Source: Octopus bimaculoides (taxonomy: Eukaryota). From it: 64,000 nucleotides of DNA. The stretch covers positions 85,741,275 to 85,805,274 of the forward strand of contig NC_068981.1 of NCBI RefSeq assembly GCF_001194135.2. The letters run 5' to 3'. This document shows positions 13,047 through 25,903 of this stretch, one piece after another. The translations under genes were made by a program, and so were the position numbers. The number at the start of each line of letters is the position of its first letter. Position 1 is the first letter of the stretch. The notes below the pieces were generated by a model, which had not been told where the DNA came from, searched no databases, and saw only the letters and a program-made list of their open reading frames with translations.

Positions 13047-14400
13047 GTAAGATTTCAGGAAATTTCAGTTTTATAAATTTTCCAGTTAACTTTTTAGAAA
13101 GAGAAATCCCATATTACGCATATTTTGAGTGTTTATTGACTCAGGAAGAATAGTGCCTGTGACATTTTTATTTTTGGGTCTCCAAAATCGTTGGGAGGAA
13201 GGGAGAAAGTCATTGTGTTTGACCAAGTGATGGATTAAGTTTACCATTCAAGAACATTGGGCTATCAAACATTTTCTGCCAATCGAATTTCATTTGCAGA
13301 GTATTGGTTGATCTGAGGCTTTGGGAGAAGACAATTATCCAGTATAAGTGAGATTATACTCAAGGGAAATGTTCTTCTTAAATAATCTTATCACCTATTA
13401 ATGTTGCTCAAATTTCTTGATGACACTGTGATGCCTCTATACAAAGAGAGAAAGAGAGAGCTCATTTGTGTGTGATTAGAACACTTAAATTAGACTACTT
13501 TTCAGCATTATTATTATGTAATATTTAACAACATGATGCCTAATATTATTGTTGAACCAGTAACTAATTAGCTTGTTGTATAAGTGATTGTGTTGTAGGC
13601 TAAGTTAATAAATTGTAGCTGAGTTTAAAGTAAATATGGAAAAGAATTCAGAATGCTTTCAAATGCTGTTGCAATATGTATGGATCTAATTACAGNNNNN
13701 NNNNNGGGGGGGGGGTCTTGCAGTGAAAGCACAGTAGTCACAGGGAGCTACTACCTCTACTTGTATCAAAGGGTTTTTCCTTCCAAATAAAGGGCAAATT
13801 GTACAATGCTTGTGTACAAAATGTAATACTGTATGATAGTGAGGCATGGTTTCTGACTGTGGAAGATAACTGTAAAGGCTGGGAAGAAAGAAAGAAAGGT
13901 GGGCATGTTTTATTAGATTTATAATATCTACATACATCATCAATGAATCAAAAGTGAGCTGAGGGAAAAAATGAGTATGAAAGGAATCAGTCATAATGTT
14001 TTAGAGAGAAGAGTGCGCTGGTAAAAATGTGATGTTTATGAAGGATGAAGGTTAGGTGAAAAAGGATCAAGCAATCAAGAGAAGTAGCCTATGGAACAAG
14101 AAATGTCAGAAGCTAATCTGTGAATGCTGACCAATTACCCAATGTTATGCACCTATGTGCATGCTATAAAAATGCTATTCATATGTTACCAGGCACTATT
14201 TCAACAAACTGAGACATTGCTTTTATAGAAAATATTTTAATCATTTAAGAATGACTCCTTTTTATGTAGAGCACAAGTCCAGTACTTAGAGCTATTTAGA
14301 ACAATTTTGTTTTTAATATTAAACCATTCAGTTGTTATGTACTGGCTTTTTAAAATTCAGTGATGTATTTAATAATAGAAAATTACTTTCAATATTTCAG

Positions 14401-14483
14401 GATGAATCTGTTGAGGGAATTCTGACTATTTTGTGCAATCATGCCTTTCATGTGACTTGCCTTGCCCAATGGGGCTATACAAG
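14401..14483 (+). CDS. BRAP: BRAP exon (DESVEGILTILCNHAFHVTCLAQWGYT), RING-H2 core
   Basis: tttcAG / AAG|GTAATG; C-x-H-x2-H-x2-C ligands. Confidence 0.96.
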
Positions 14484-15129
14484 GTAATGTTGTACGGATT
14501 TATATAAAGATTTACTTCGTTTATTGGAAAAAAAATTGTGGCTTGTTAATAACATTAAAATCACTATTGTGCTTCATTTTTTTAAAAAGATATGTATTGA
14601 ATTCATGGATTATATCAACTTAAAAGCTATCTTATTCATCTACAGATATGCATTTTCTCTACCCTCTCCTATCACATCTGTCCTCGTACTTTCTCTCTCT
14701 CACTACATATATATATACACACACACACATTAGCACAACTGTCTGATGAACAGGAACATGAAACTCTGAATAGTTTGTGAAGATTTTGCAGCTTTAAGAA
14801 AANNNNNNNNNNNNNNNNNNNNNNNNNNNNTATATATATATATATATATTATATTATCATTGTTTTACAACCACTTTTCCATGCTTCAATGGGTCAGGTG
14901 AAATTTATCGGGGCAGATTTCTATGATCAAGTATACTTCCTGTTGCCAACCCTCACTTGTCTCAATACAAAGTAGTATTTCCCCATTGCCAGACATGTTT
15001 ACACAAGATTATAAATGAAGGACAACCACTTGTAATAACACTGGCACTTGCTTACAACTATCATGTAATGTCAAGATAAGGACACAAGCACAAGCATACA
15101 TACCCCCCCCACACACACACACACATATC

Positions 15130-15286
15130 CAACAGTCTAGTTTCAGTTTCTGTTTTCTAAATCCACTAACAAGGCTTTGGTCAACCAGGAGCTATAGAAG
15201 ACACTTGTCTAAGGTGTTGTGCGCAGTGGGACTGAACGTGAAACTACATGGATGGGAAGCAAGCTTCTCAATCACACAGCCACACC

Positions 15287-15288
<2 letters not shown>
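15130..15288 (-). mobile_element. SINE family A, 5' half, diverged
   Basis: AAATCCACTAACAAGGCTTTGG...CACACAGCCAC. Confidence 0.75.
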
Positions 15289-15338
<50 letters not shown>

Positions 15339-16289
15339 TAAGTAGGATATATAATACCACTTGATAAAATCAGAGCCTGTAAAGTTGTTAACTTACTAGC
15401 CACCTTATTATTACTATAAATAATGGTAATAATACTACTTCATATATATATATATATTATTATTATTATTACTACAAGCACCATTTGAGCGTGATTGTTA
15501 CCAGCGTCGCCTTACTGGCACTTGTGCTGGTGGCATGTTAGAAAATCATTCGAGCAAAGTTGTTGCCAGTGCTGCTGGACTATCTAGCAACAGCACATGC
15601 CATCTCAGGAATACTTGAAATGATGAATGAGCATACTGTTTGACCAGTCTAGGAGTGGTGGACTCCTAGTTCTTGTCAAACAAATTGTTCAAAATTCAAT
15701 ATGCATTTGTTTCAGAATCTGTGGCTATTAGTAGCCTAAGCCTCTGCATCTGTAGGTATTCTTTGGCAAGCTAGAGTAAAGCCAGTTGTCACTTTATCTG
15801 GTCTGGTCTGGTTGATTTTTCCAGTTTGGAAATATCTTACTTATTAGAATTTGTGGCTTGATACTAACAGGGATTTTATTTTAAAGCTAATTATGGAACA
15901 ACCTATGAACATGGGTCAAGATGATGCAACTTCAGAAGAGACCATCTAAATCTGTATGGTGTAAGCCAAAACAGTTACAGTTAATATTATATATTGCCTT
16001 TAGCTAATGACCTGGAAAAAATAAAAGTGGGTCAACTCTTGTTTTAGTGCAAAGCAGTCAGAAGCACTTAAGAATATTGTTAATTGGAAACGCAAGCATT
16101 ATGAATGACTTGCTTTCAGACTGATAAGCATTTGAAAACTGGATACTGTTAGAACAGGAAAAAAAGGAAGATCTTGGCCAAGCCTTGGACATTTCTACTT
16201 TCAATGAAGTACAAATATTTTTATTGTGTTTATGAATGTATCTGTGAAAGCCACACAAATACTTTTGCTCATAATACAAAATATGGGTA

Positions 16290-16378
16290 TGTACATACAC
16301 ACACACATGCAAACACACACACATGCACACACACACACATGCACACACACATGCACACACATGCACACACACACACAT
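16290..16378. repeat. CA-rich (CACACATG)n microsatellite
   Basis: Direct reading. Confidence 0.9.
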
Positions 16379-16598
16379 ATAATAGTCATTATACCTGATT
16401 TACATTCACTTTTCATGCCAGCATGGGTGGGATAAATCATCACAATCTAGGTCAGTTCTCTTATTCAGAGTCGCTACTGTTCTAATCCTGGTCAATAGAC
16501 CATGACTTGCTTGCCCGTATTTTACATATTAACTTCAAATCCATTGTGCATAACTTTTTATAGCAATTTCCTTTATTATAAATCAAAGATTTCTTACA

Positions 16599-17180
16599 TT
16601 GTCGTCGTCGTTTAACGTCTACTTTCCATGCTGGCATGGGTTGGATGGTTTGACTGAGAACTGGCTGGCCGGGAGGCTGCACCAAGTTCCAATCTGATTT
16701 GGCAAGGTTTCTACAGCTGGATGCCCTTCCTAATGCCAACTACTCCAAGAGTGTAGTCAGTGCTTTGTATGTGCCACTGGCACGGGAGCCAATCAGGCGG
16801 CACTGGCATTGGCTACTTTTGGATGGTGTTTTTTATGTGCCACTGGCATGGATGCTAGTCAGGCGGCACTGGCATCGGCCATGCTCAAATGGTGCTTTTT
16901 ATGTCCACCGGCATGAGTGCCAGTTAGGTGGCACTGGCATTGGCCACGACTACGATTTCACTCGGTTCAACAGGTCTTCACAAGCATGGCATATTGGCCA
17001 ATGATTGAAGGGTGCTTTTAAACAGGCCAATTAAGCGACACTGGCATCGGCCATGACTATGTTCTCACTTGGCTTGCTGGGTCTTCTCAAGTACAGCATA
17101 TCTCCAAAGATCTCTGTCGCTTGTCATTGCCTCTGTGAAGCTCAACATTCGAAGGTTGTCCTTCACCACCTCATTCAATA
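16599..17180 (-). mobile_element. RTE 3'-end fragment with several UTR repeat units
   Basis: Same tail plus repeated GTGCCACTGGCA/GGCACTGGCAT units. Confidence 0.85.
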
Positions 17181-17530
17181 TATTACGAATTCATTTGTTC
17201 CCTATTCATTTAATTCCAGTGCTTAGCTCAATTTAAAACCTTTTTTTTATCGACAACTGAAGTTAAAATGAATTGTTAACACCCATTCTGCATTTGAAGT
17301 GCAAAGATGAAGAGAATGTGCTGAGAAAATAACCAGAAGTTAATAAACAATACAATTCTATGTGCTTCAGTTCATATACTGAAAGACGTTTTGTGAATAT
17401 TACCTGGGTAGTAAATAGAATTGCTCTAACAAAATGCAAAATATTCAAAATAGCAGAAGGCCATTCCACCTAAGTTAACATGACAAAATTATTTAAAATA
17501 TAATGTTGTTAATTAAAATATGTTTTCTAG

Positions 17531-17606
17531 TTGCCCAGTTTGTCGCTATTGCCAAACACCTGAAGAAGTTCCAGATAACAGATGCTTAGAATGTGGCTCT
17601 CAAGAG
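17531..17606 (+). CDS. BRAP: BRAP exon (CPVCRYCQTPEEVPDNRCLECGSQE), RING end / ZnF-UBP start
   Basis: ttttctAG / GAG|GTAAGA; CPVCRYCQTP. Confidence 0.96.
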
Positions 17607-18419
17607 GTAAGACTTCTATTAATTATTTTGCTTTGAAAATTTTACAATTGAATTATTATTATTATTCTCACTTTTTTCTGTATATTTTGCTTTTCTGTTG
17701 TTGCTGTTTAACCCAGATTAACCCTAATAAAGCAAACTTAAGATTAAATGTATTCTAGTTACAACCATTTTATCTTTCATTCAGGCATAGTATATCTAGG
17801 ACTACATTATCCAATGTAGTCCTAGATACACTATGCCTGAATGAAAAAGCACAGGTGACTTTCCAATAGATTATCCAATGCAGTGTTAGATATACTATGC
17901 CTGAATAAAACATAGAGGGCGGGATGCAATCTGAGTAGGAATTTGTTGCTATCTCTAACACTTTGAGCAACCACTTTGAGGCTCTCATGTTTACATGTTT
18001 TACTTTTTTATTTATAATATGAGTGACTAGAGGACAGTAGGTAAGATCTCAGTGGGAGTGAGTTTGGTTTCAATTCTCAGTTGTTGCTACTTCTCTTCAG
18101 CTAATATGTTATTAAAAAAGCAGGGATGTTATAGCCGTGATTCAGTCCCTTTTCTGGAAATGTTGAATTCAATATCTATTCAGAGGGAGCAACAAAGAAG
18201 ACCCCTTTTTGTGTATCTTCTTTGAGACACTGACAGAATCATAGCAAAATATTTTTGGAAGTCTTTTTAAAAAAAAGAGTTCAGTGTGTCAAATGGTAAT
18301 TATTTGTTTTAATTAGTAATTAACTGTATTAAATAGTTACTAATTTCATGTAGTTTTATAAGGTGTGCTATTTATAAGAATGTTGATTTTTTTTTCTTTT
18401 ATTAATTATCCTTTTTTAG

Positions 18420-18487
18420 AGTCTGTGGATCTGCTTGATTTGTGGTCATGTTGGCTGTGGTCGGTATGTTGGTAGACATGCTTATAG
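18420..18487 (+). CDS. BRAP: BRAP exon ([22 protein letters not shown]), ZnF-UBP
   Basis: ttttttAG / TAG|GTATGT; [14 protein letters not shown]. Confidence 0.97.
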
Positions 18488-18533
18488 GTATGTTACAAAA
18501 CCCACTTATTTAGTAAAAAGAATATATATGTAA

Positions 18534-18571
<38 letters not shown>

Positions 18572-18574
<3 letters not shown>

Positions 18575-18617
18575 GGGTGTTGAAAAGTTCCTGGTTTTAA
18601 GTGTATCACGAAAGGCC
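18572..18617 (+). mobile_element. Solo mariner-like TIR fragment in (TA)n
   Basis: TA-TGAGGGGTGTTGAAAAGTTCCTGG resembles mariner termini; no partner TIR found nearby. Confidence 0.45.
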
Positions 18618-18636
18618 TATATATATATATGTATAT

Positions 18637-19968
18637 GTATATTAAGTGTATGATTAAGTTAGAGAATGAAGTTCTACAAATTTAATCATATTTGTCAAAA
18701 ATGGAGGGGATAAGATGTTAAAAAGTTGTAAGAAGTTTATTCATGAATACAATCATTTCATACATGGATATAAATTCATTTTCATTTTCAGAATTTGCAA
18801 ATATCAAAGTACTCATCAGTGCAGAAAAGATAAGAACTTAAAAGAAAGAGCAGAGAAGTTGGACCTATGAGTTTCATGTCTATTTGTTCCTATCCTTGTG
18901 TAATAGTGATGGGAGTCATGTCGATTATTAAACAGCTAATGGATGAAGGTTTAGGGGATGATATAAATTTAGAAATATTAATAACTTTCTCTATATAGAT
19001 TAGTATAGATTGTTAATTATAACTCCATATATGAAGATTAGGGTGAGTTAGTGAGAGAAACATCCAATGAGAAAATGGTACCTGATGTAAATTAAATCTA
19101 ACTATTGAAAACAATACTTGGTATTTAAAAAAAGATAAAAAGATGAAGAAAGTTTAGCATAAAAAAAATTAGGTTTGTAAAGCTAACATAAAAGTTTATG
19201 TAGTCAGTGATCAAAAATGAAGGGGGAGAATGAGGAATTTGAAAGAATGAAGTGGAAGAATATTAAGGACACTTGTTTACTCAAAAGCTGTATTTATGGC
19301 AACATGAAATAATACGGCTTTTGAGTAAACAAGAGTCCTTAATATTCTTCCCCTTCATTCTTTCATATTCCTTCTTCTCCCCCTATATTTTTGATCACTG
19401 ATTGCATAAACTCTCTATTATAAGCTTTACAAACCAAATTTTTTTATGTTAAACTTTTTTCATTTTTTTATGTTTTTATTTTTAAATACCGAGTATTGTT
19501 TTCAATAGTTAGATTTAATTTACATTAGGTACTGTTTTCTCATTGGACATTTTTCTAACTAACTTGCCCTAATCTTCGTATACGGTGTTATAATTAGCCA
19601 ATCTATCCTAATCTATAGAGAGAAAGTTATCGATATTTCTATATTTATATCAACCCCTAAACCTTCATCCATTAGTTGTTTAATAATCGACATGACTCCC
19701 ATCACTATTACACAAGGATAGGAACAAATAGACATGAAACTCATAGGTCCAACTTCTCTGCTCTTTCTCTTAAGTTCTTATCTTTTCTGCACTGATGAGT
19801 GCTTTGATATTTGCAAATTCTGAAAATGAATTTATATCTATGTATGAAATGATTGTATTCATGAAAAAACTTCTTACAACTTTTTAACGTCTTATCTCCT
19901 CCATTTTTGACAAATATGATTAGATTTGTTGAACTTCATTCTATAACTTAATCATACACTTAATATAC
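18637..19968. repeat. Foldback (long inverted repeat): about 658-bp arms, 16-bp spacer
   Basis: 18637-19294 is the reverse complement of 19311-19968, with indels; spacer TATGGCAACATGAAAT. Confidence 0.95.
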
Positions 19969-20139
19969 TAATACAACTTTTCATATTTATGCCATCATCA
20001 GACCCCCCCCCCCAGTCATGAATGACCATGGAATTGTGCCTAGAAGGTTCCCTTCCAAGGCACAAGTCTGGGCAAGGTTGTTTATGGAAGACCAGCAGTC
20101 GTGCATGCATATCAGCCTCCCCTCTGATGTTATCCAAGA

Positions 20140-20310
20140 CTGATACAGCTTGGCACCAGTATCATCACATCTCATTTCTACAGCTTAGTAAACTGGAGCA
20201 ACATGAAATAAAGTGTTTTGCTCAAAAACACAACACACAGCCTGGTCCAGGAATTGAACCCACTTCCTCATGATTGTGAGCTCAATGCTCCAACCACTGA
20301 GCCATGTGCT
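20140..20310 (-). mobile_element. tRNA-derived SINE with a V/Meta-like central domain
   Basis: Reverse complement TGGCTCAGTGG...GGTTCAATTCC...TTGAGCAAAACACTTTATTTC. Confidence 0.65.
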
Positions 20311-20795
20311 TCTCTCTTTGTACACAGTACACATCTGCTTGCTTCCACTCATAATCACTTCAGACTTTCATATAATTGTGTCAGTGTTTTTGATACCAAC
20401 CCTATGCCAACATGGAACATGGATGTTAAATGATGACAGTTGTGGTGGAGGTGGCAGTGGTAGTGGTGGTGTACCTGACAGGAAGAGAGAACTTTCCTGT
20501 GTTGGGTTGGTTGGTTTAGTTACTTGCCATTCAGTTTACTACATCTGAAAAGAAGAGTGTTCATGGTACAATCATTTAATGATTGTCAAGGGTTTCTGAT
20601 ACATGACCCGATGTTAGCAGCTCACCATACTCATTTTAGGGCATGCAATTATTGTCTGCCATTCTGCTTATATCTGTCATGATTTCGGGATGGTATTTTT
20701 AACTGGATATCTAATAATACAAGAATTTTATATGTGTAATTATATATTATTAAGTTGTAGTAATTGATGTTTTTTAATTGTTCACTTCATTGTAG

Positions 20796-20973
20796 ACATT
20801 TCCAAGAAACACAGCATACTTATGCCATGCAATTGGGCAACAACAAAGTATGGGATTATGCTGGTGATAATTATGTACATAGGCTTGTACAGAACAAAAC
20901 TGATGGCAAACTTGTCGAAGTAGATGAAAGAGGAAATGCTGTATATGAAAAATTAGATGCTCTTACTTTAGAA
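20796..20973 (+). CDS. BRAP: BRAP exon ([41 protein letters not shown]...LDALTLE)
   Basis: ttgtAG / GAA|GTGAGT; [13 protein letters not shown]. Confidence 0.97.
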
Positions 20974-21194
20974 GTGAGTTTCTCTATCATTCATCAAATA
21001 TGTTATTGCTTTTTATCTTATGATGACTGAAAATGATGTAAAAGAAATAATTAAACAATGTTTAAACATTCAAATGGCGATGCATCAGCATAGCTGCAGC
21101 TCTGAGATGAAACTAGAGGGGGAAAAAAATGTTTTAAGTGGAAATAAAAGAGAAAGTGATATATATATATATTATTTTATTCTTTTGCTTGTTT

Positions 21195-21404
21195 CAGTCA
21201 TCTGACTGCGGTCATGCTGGAGCACTGCCTTTAGTTGAGCAAATCAATCCCAGGACTTATTCTTTGTAAGCCTAGAACTTATTCTATTGGTCTCTTTTGC
21301 CGAACTGCTAAGTTACGGGAATGTAAACACACCAGCATCAAGCGATGTTGGTGGGGACAAACACAGACACGCAAACATATACACACACATACATACATAC
21401 ACAC

Positions 21405-21447
<43 letters not shown>

Positions 21448-21530
21448 ACAGGCTTCTTTCAGTTTCCATCTGCCAAATCCACTCACAAGTTTTTGGTCAG
21501 CCTGAGGCTGTAGTAGAAGACACTTGCCCA
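21195..21530 (-). mobile_element. SINE family A, head truncated
   Basis: TTGTTTCAGTCAT...CAGGACTTATTCTTTGTAAGCCTAG...GAAGACACTTGCCCAA. Confidence 0.85.
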
Positions 21531-21561
<31 letters not shown>

Positions 21562-22659
21562 TATATAAACTGTTGGCTTTTTCTGAGAGAGTTCTGATAT
21601 TAGAAGGAAAATGATACAGACCACCTTTAAAAACATATGACTTGGGCTCATAGGATCTATTTATGATACCCTCTTACAAATGGATAGTTAATATTATTCA
21701 AATTTATCTTTTAGCTTTCACTTTTAGCTTTATTTTTCATTAATTACTGCATATACTCGTGTGTAAGTTGCACTCATGTATAAGCCACCCCACTAATTTA
21801 TTGTTAAAGCTTGATACCAAATTTTTTTCCCTTCATAGTTTAGCTTTGCTCCTTGTATAAATCACACCCCAGTTTTTACAGTAAGAATCAAATGTAAAAT
21901 AGTACCGCTTATATGTAAATAAATATGCTAACTATTTTTCTTTCTTTGAAATGTATTTAGAGTCTAAATTCCAATATTCTTCAATCATCTTCAATCATCT
22001 GTTAAATATTTATTGGATAAGAACAATTGAACAGATGTTCATAATAAAGATGGCTAAATCCATTCTTCTCAATAAGAGTGCAAAGCAATATTGTCTGTTG
22101 TCTCTGTATAGCTTTTTTTACATAGGATGGAGAGTGTAAAATGTGAGTACTTGCAAAGGTATTATTGAGGTAAAAATCTTCACAGCAGGATGCCTTTCTT
22201 TATTAACCAATAGCAAAAGAGTCTATTTTTTCAACCATGTTAGATGAAACAATTAGAGCAATGTGTCCAACCTTAGAGGCAGACTTATGGTGTCACAAAT
22301 AAGCTTAGTCACCAATTTAACTAATTAGATAATAGTAAAGTACTTGTTATAATTTGCATGACTAATATTTCTAATTACTACAAAGAGGTCATATTATGTT
22401 GAAACTTTTATATACATGTTTCTTCATCTTTAAAGTGGAATATAACAAACTAAGGATATCTTTAGAAAAATTGAATTCTGCAGTTATGGATTAAGATAAT
22501 CTTATCTCAAGTGTTTTGAGCTTGCCAGTAAATGGAATTTCTACATAAATTTTGTACACACTTTCAGTTGTGTTTGTGTAGGACCTGTCTGAGCTTAAAA
22601 GTAAAAGCTTCCCACAAATAGTTTTTTTTTTTTATCACTTTTCAAAACACGTGAACTGG

Positions 22660-22694
<35 letters not shown>

Positions 22695-22732
22695 CTTTTC
22701 TGATTGTTTCCATGTGTGTATGTGAGATAGAG

Positions 22733-22855
22733 GAGGCGCAATGGCCCAGTGGTTAGGGCAGCGGACTCGCGGTCATAGGATCGCGATTTCATTGGTCCAT
22801 TGGTCGGATCAACTGGAACCCTCGACGTTGTAAGCGACAGAGTGCCAACAACAAC
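22733..22855 (+). mobile_element. Internally deleted family-B SINE (head + tail only)
   Basis: Perfect 13-bp TSD ATGTGAGATAGAG (22720-22732, 22856-22868). Confidence 0.85.
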
Positions 22856-22945
22856 ATGTGAGATAGAGAGAGAGAGAGACTGACTGATCATACACCTGCA
22901 TGCATTTGTATATCCTGTTATGTTATGAAATTACGATTATGATTT

Positions 22946-23128
22946 AACCCTTTTGATACCAATCTGCCTGAGACCACCTCTGGTTTTACAATATAAACTC
23001 CCTGATTGAAAGTGATCTAAATTAACACTTTTCATCAAAATTTCATGTTAATTCATGTCTCATTATTTTCAAAAGTATTTGAAACACAGGAGGTATATCT
23101 CTGCAGAAATTTGGTAACAAAAGTGTTA
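22946..23128. mobile_element. piggyBac-like MITE
   Basis: TTAA-CCCTTTTGATACC ... GGTAACAAAAGTG-TTAA termini. Confidence 0.6.
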
Positions 23129-23179
23129 AATGCATTTTATCAAAGATAAAACTTACACATTTATTTTAAAATATTTCAG

Positions 23180-23269
23180 TACACATATTTATTAACAAGT
23201 CAGTTAGAATCACAGAGATTATATTTTGAAGAAAAAATTGCAAGAGTTGAGCAGGATGCACTTCTACAG
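23180..23269 (+). CDS. BRAP: BRAP exon (YTYLLTSQLESQRLYFEEKIARVEQDALLQ)
   Basis: atttcAG / CAG|GTAACT, phase 0-0; LLTSQLESQR. Confidence 0.96.
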
Positions 23270-23574
23270 GTAACTATTTAATTTTGGTTTGAAATTTGAT
23301 AATAAAATATTAGAATTAGATTTTGTTGAAATTTATGCGTTGCCTTTTATGATTTTATAAAGGATTTACCAATAGCTTTTCAGAACTCTGATGGTGGGAA
23401 GGTATCTAGGTCATGGTCCACATCAGGGGTTGGCAAAGTAGTCAATGTTAACCTCCTGGAAGTGGGTGGGTAGGTCTAAGGGGTTGATAAACACCTGAAA
23501 TGATTTTGGGCATTACCTTTTTACTATTTAATCTAGCCATATCCAGCCCAAATATTGTTTTCCAAGGTGTCATG

Positions 23575-23812
23575 AAAAAGCATTGGTGTGGATGCTGGTA
23601 ACATGTAAAAAGCACTGGTGATGGTGCCTTATAAAAAGCACCAGTTCACTCTGTAAAGTGTTTGGCCTTTGGAAGGGCATCCAGCTGTAGAAAGCAGAGC
23701 CAAATCAGACTGGAACTTGGTGCAACCCCTGGCTTTGCCAGTTCCTGTCAAACCATTCAACCCATGCCAGCATGGAAAATGGACATCAAATGATGATGAT
23801 GATAATAATGAT
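23575..23812 (+). mobile_element. RTE 3'-end fragment
   Basis: GGCATCCAGCTGTAGAAA...CCCATGCCAGCATGGAAAATGGACATCAAATGATGATG. Confidence 0.8.
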
Positions 23813-24424
23813 GATGTTCTGTGATTGAAATATCCCTAGTCTCTTCTTTTCCTCTGCCCATATAGCACTGTATTGAGTAAAGTCTCTTTCAGATGTGATT
23901 TTCTAATTTCTTTACTCTTTCTAAGTGTGATGTTGTCATATGTCTTGTTACTTTACTGCACTCTCACTATTTCGTAATTATTAACAACTTTAAATATGGA
24001 AAATGTTACAGTCAAATATTTCAATCTTGTTTTTGAGTCCCGATTAAGCAAACCTGTGGTAAAAGATATTCCATTTTTGACTGTTTCTATTTCCTTGTAT
24101 GTCCATAACTACATTATGCAGACTATCTTTCTTATCATTGAAATGTTAGGATGTGATCTGAAGGAGATTTGGTTGCTATCTCTAGCAAGTTGAGTGACTA
24201 CTTAGTGGCCTCCCTCAATCTTGCTTTAAGTGGCAAGTGCTAATCTCCAGTTAAGTGTGATTTCATTTGATGCCAGTTCACTTCACATCAGCTGTTAAAA
24301 CTCTGGACAAAAGTGCAAATGTTTCCCAATCTCACTCTTGAGAAATTGTTATTATTTTTGTTGTTAATGATATTTTTAACCCATTAAGACTATAGTGTCT
24401 GTATCAAGAATAATAACTTTTTAC

Positions 24425-25590
24425 ATACCATCAGCACAGGAGCCAGTCAGGTGGGCCTGGTATCACTCACGTTTGGATAGTGCTTTTTACGTGTCACCAG
24501 CATATGGGTCAGTCGGGGGTACTAGCATTGGCCATGTTTGGATGGTGCTTTTTCCGTGCCACCGGCACGGAAACCAGTCAGAGGGTACTGGCTACAGCTA
24601 TGATATTGGTTTTACTTGATTCAACAGGTCTTCTCAAGCATATCATATCGCCTGACGCATCAAGTGTACTCTTAACTGGGTCGGACATGCATGGCTGCGA
24701 TCTCACTTTAGTTGCTGGGTCTTCTCAATAACAGCATATCGCCAAAGGTCTCAGTCTCCTGTCATTACCTCTGTCAGGCCCAATGTTCAAAGGTCATGCT
24801 TCACCACCTCATCCCTTGTCTTCCTGGGTCTACCTCTTCCATAAGTTCCCTCCACAGTTAAGGAGTGGCACTTCCTCACACAGCTGCCCTCATCCAGTTG
24901 TTTCTCTTGTACACCACATTTGCTGCTTCTTATACTCTACTCTTCTCTCATGGTGCTTACACTCAGTCGTGTATGCACACTGACATTACACATCCAGCGA
25001 ATCGTGCTAGCATAATTTTTTTCAAGCCTACGCTTGTCCTCAACAGTCATGGCCCATGTTTCACTGCCATGTAGCATGGCAGTTCGCACTTATTCATCAC
25101 ACAGTCTACCTTTCATCCTGAGCAAGAGGCCCTTAGTTGCCAGCAGAGGTAGGAGCTCCCTGAACTTTGCCCAGGCTATTCTTATTCTAGCTGCTGCACT
25201 CTCAGAGCAACCACCCCGCTACAGACTTGGTCGCCTAGGTAGTAGAAGCTGTTAACTACTTCTAGTTTCTTCCCCTGTCATGTGATGGAATCTGTTTTCT
25301 GTACATCTTTAATGTTTATTGCCCCTGTGCATCTGTCACACACGAAAACTATCTTCCCAGTTAACTTTCCTTTGATATTGCTGCACCTTTTATGTGTCCA
25401 TAGCTTACACCGGGTACATGGTATGGAGTTTCTACCTATGCCCTTTCTACAGATCAAGCAGGGTCATCTACCTGAAGGGGTTTGTGATTTGACAGCCTCC
25501 CTACTTACTAAGACTTTGGTTTTTGCTAGGTTAACCCTAAGGCCCTTCGATTCTAGACCTTGCTTCCACATCCTAAACCCTCCAAGACAG
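24425..25590 (-). mobile_element. 5'-truncated copy of the same RTE family (RT C-terminus with intact PHD ligands + 3' UTR)
   Basis: WKQGLESKGLRVNLAKTKVL...PCLICRKG...CTRCKLWTHKRC...CDRC; colinear with about 48140-49440. Confidence 0.92.
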
Positions 25591-25903
25591 TGCTCCAACA
25601 TGGCCACAATCCAATGATTGAACAAATAAAAGATAAAAAAAACTATTGAATTCAAATCCTGCCATGGTCAACTTTGCCTTTCATGACTCTGGGGGTCAAT
25701 AGAATAAATGCCAGTCAAGTACTGGGGATTGATTTAATGAACTAATCCCATCCCTCAAATTTCAGGCCTTGTGTCTATACAAGAAACAATTATATAAAGT
25801 ATATTACATAAAATGTCTCATGATATGGTAAAATATCTCTTATGTTGTTGAAGAAAACTTTCATTAACCATATTAAATGTATGTTTGTGTATTAATGTTT
25901 TAG

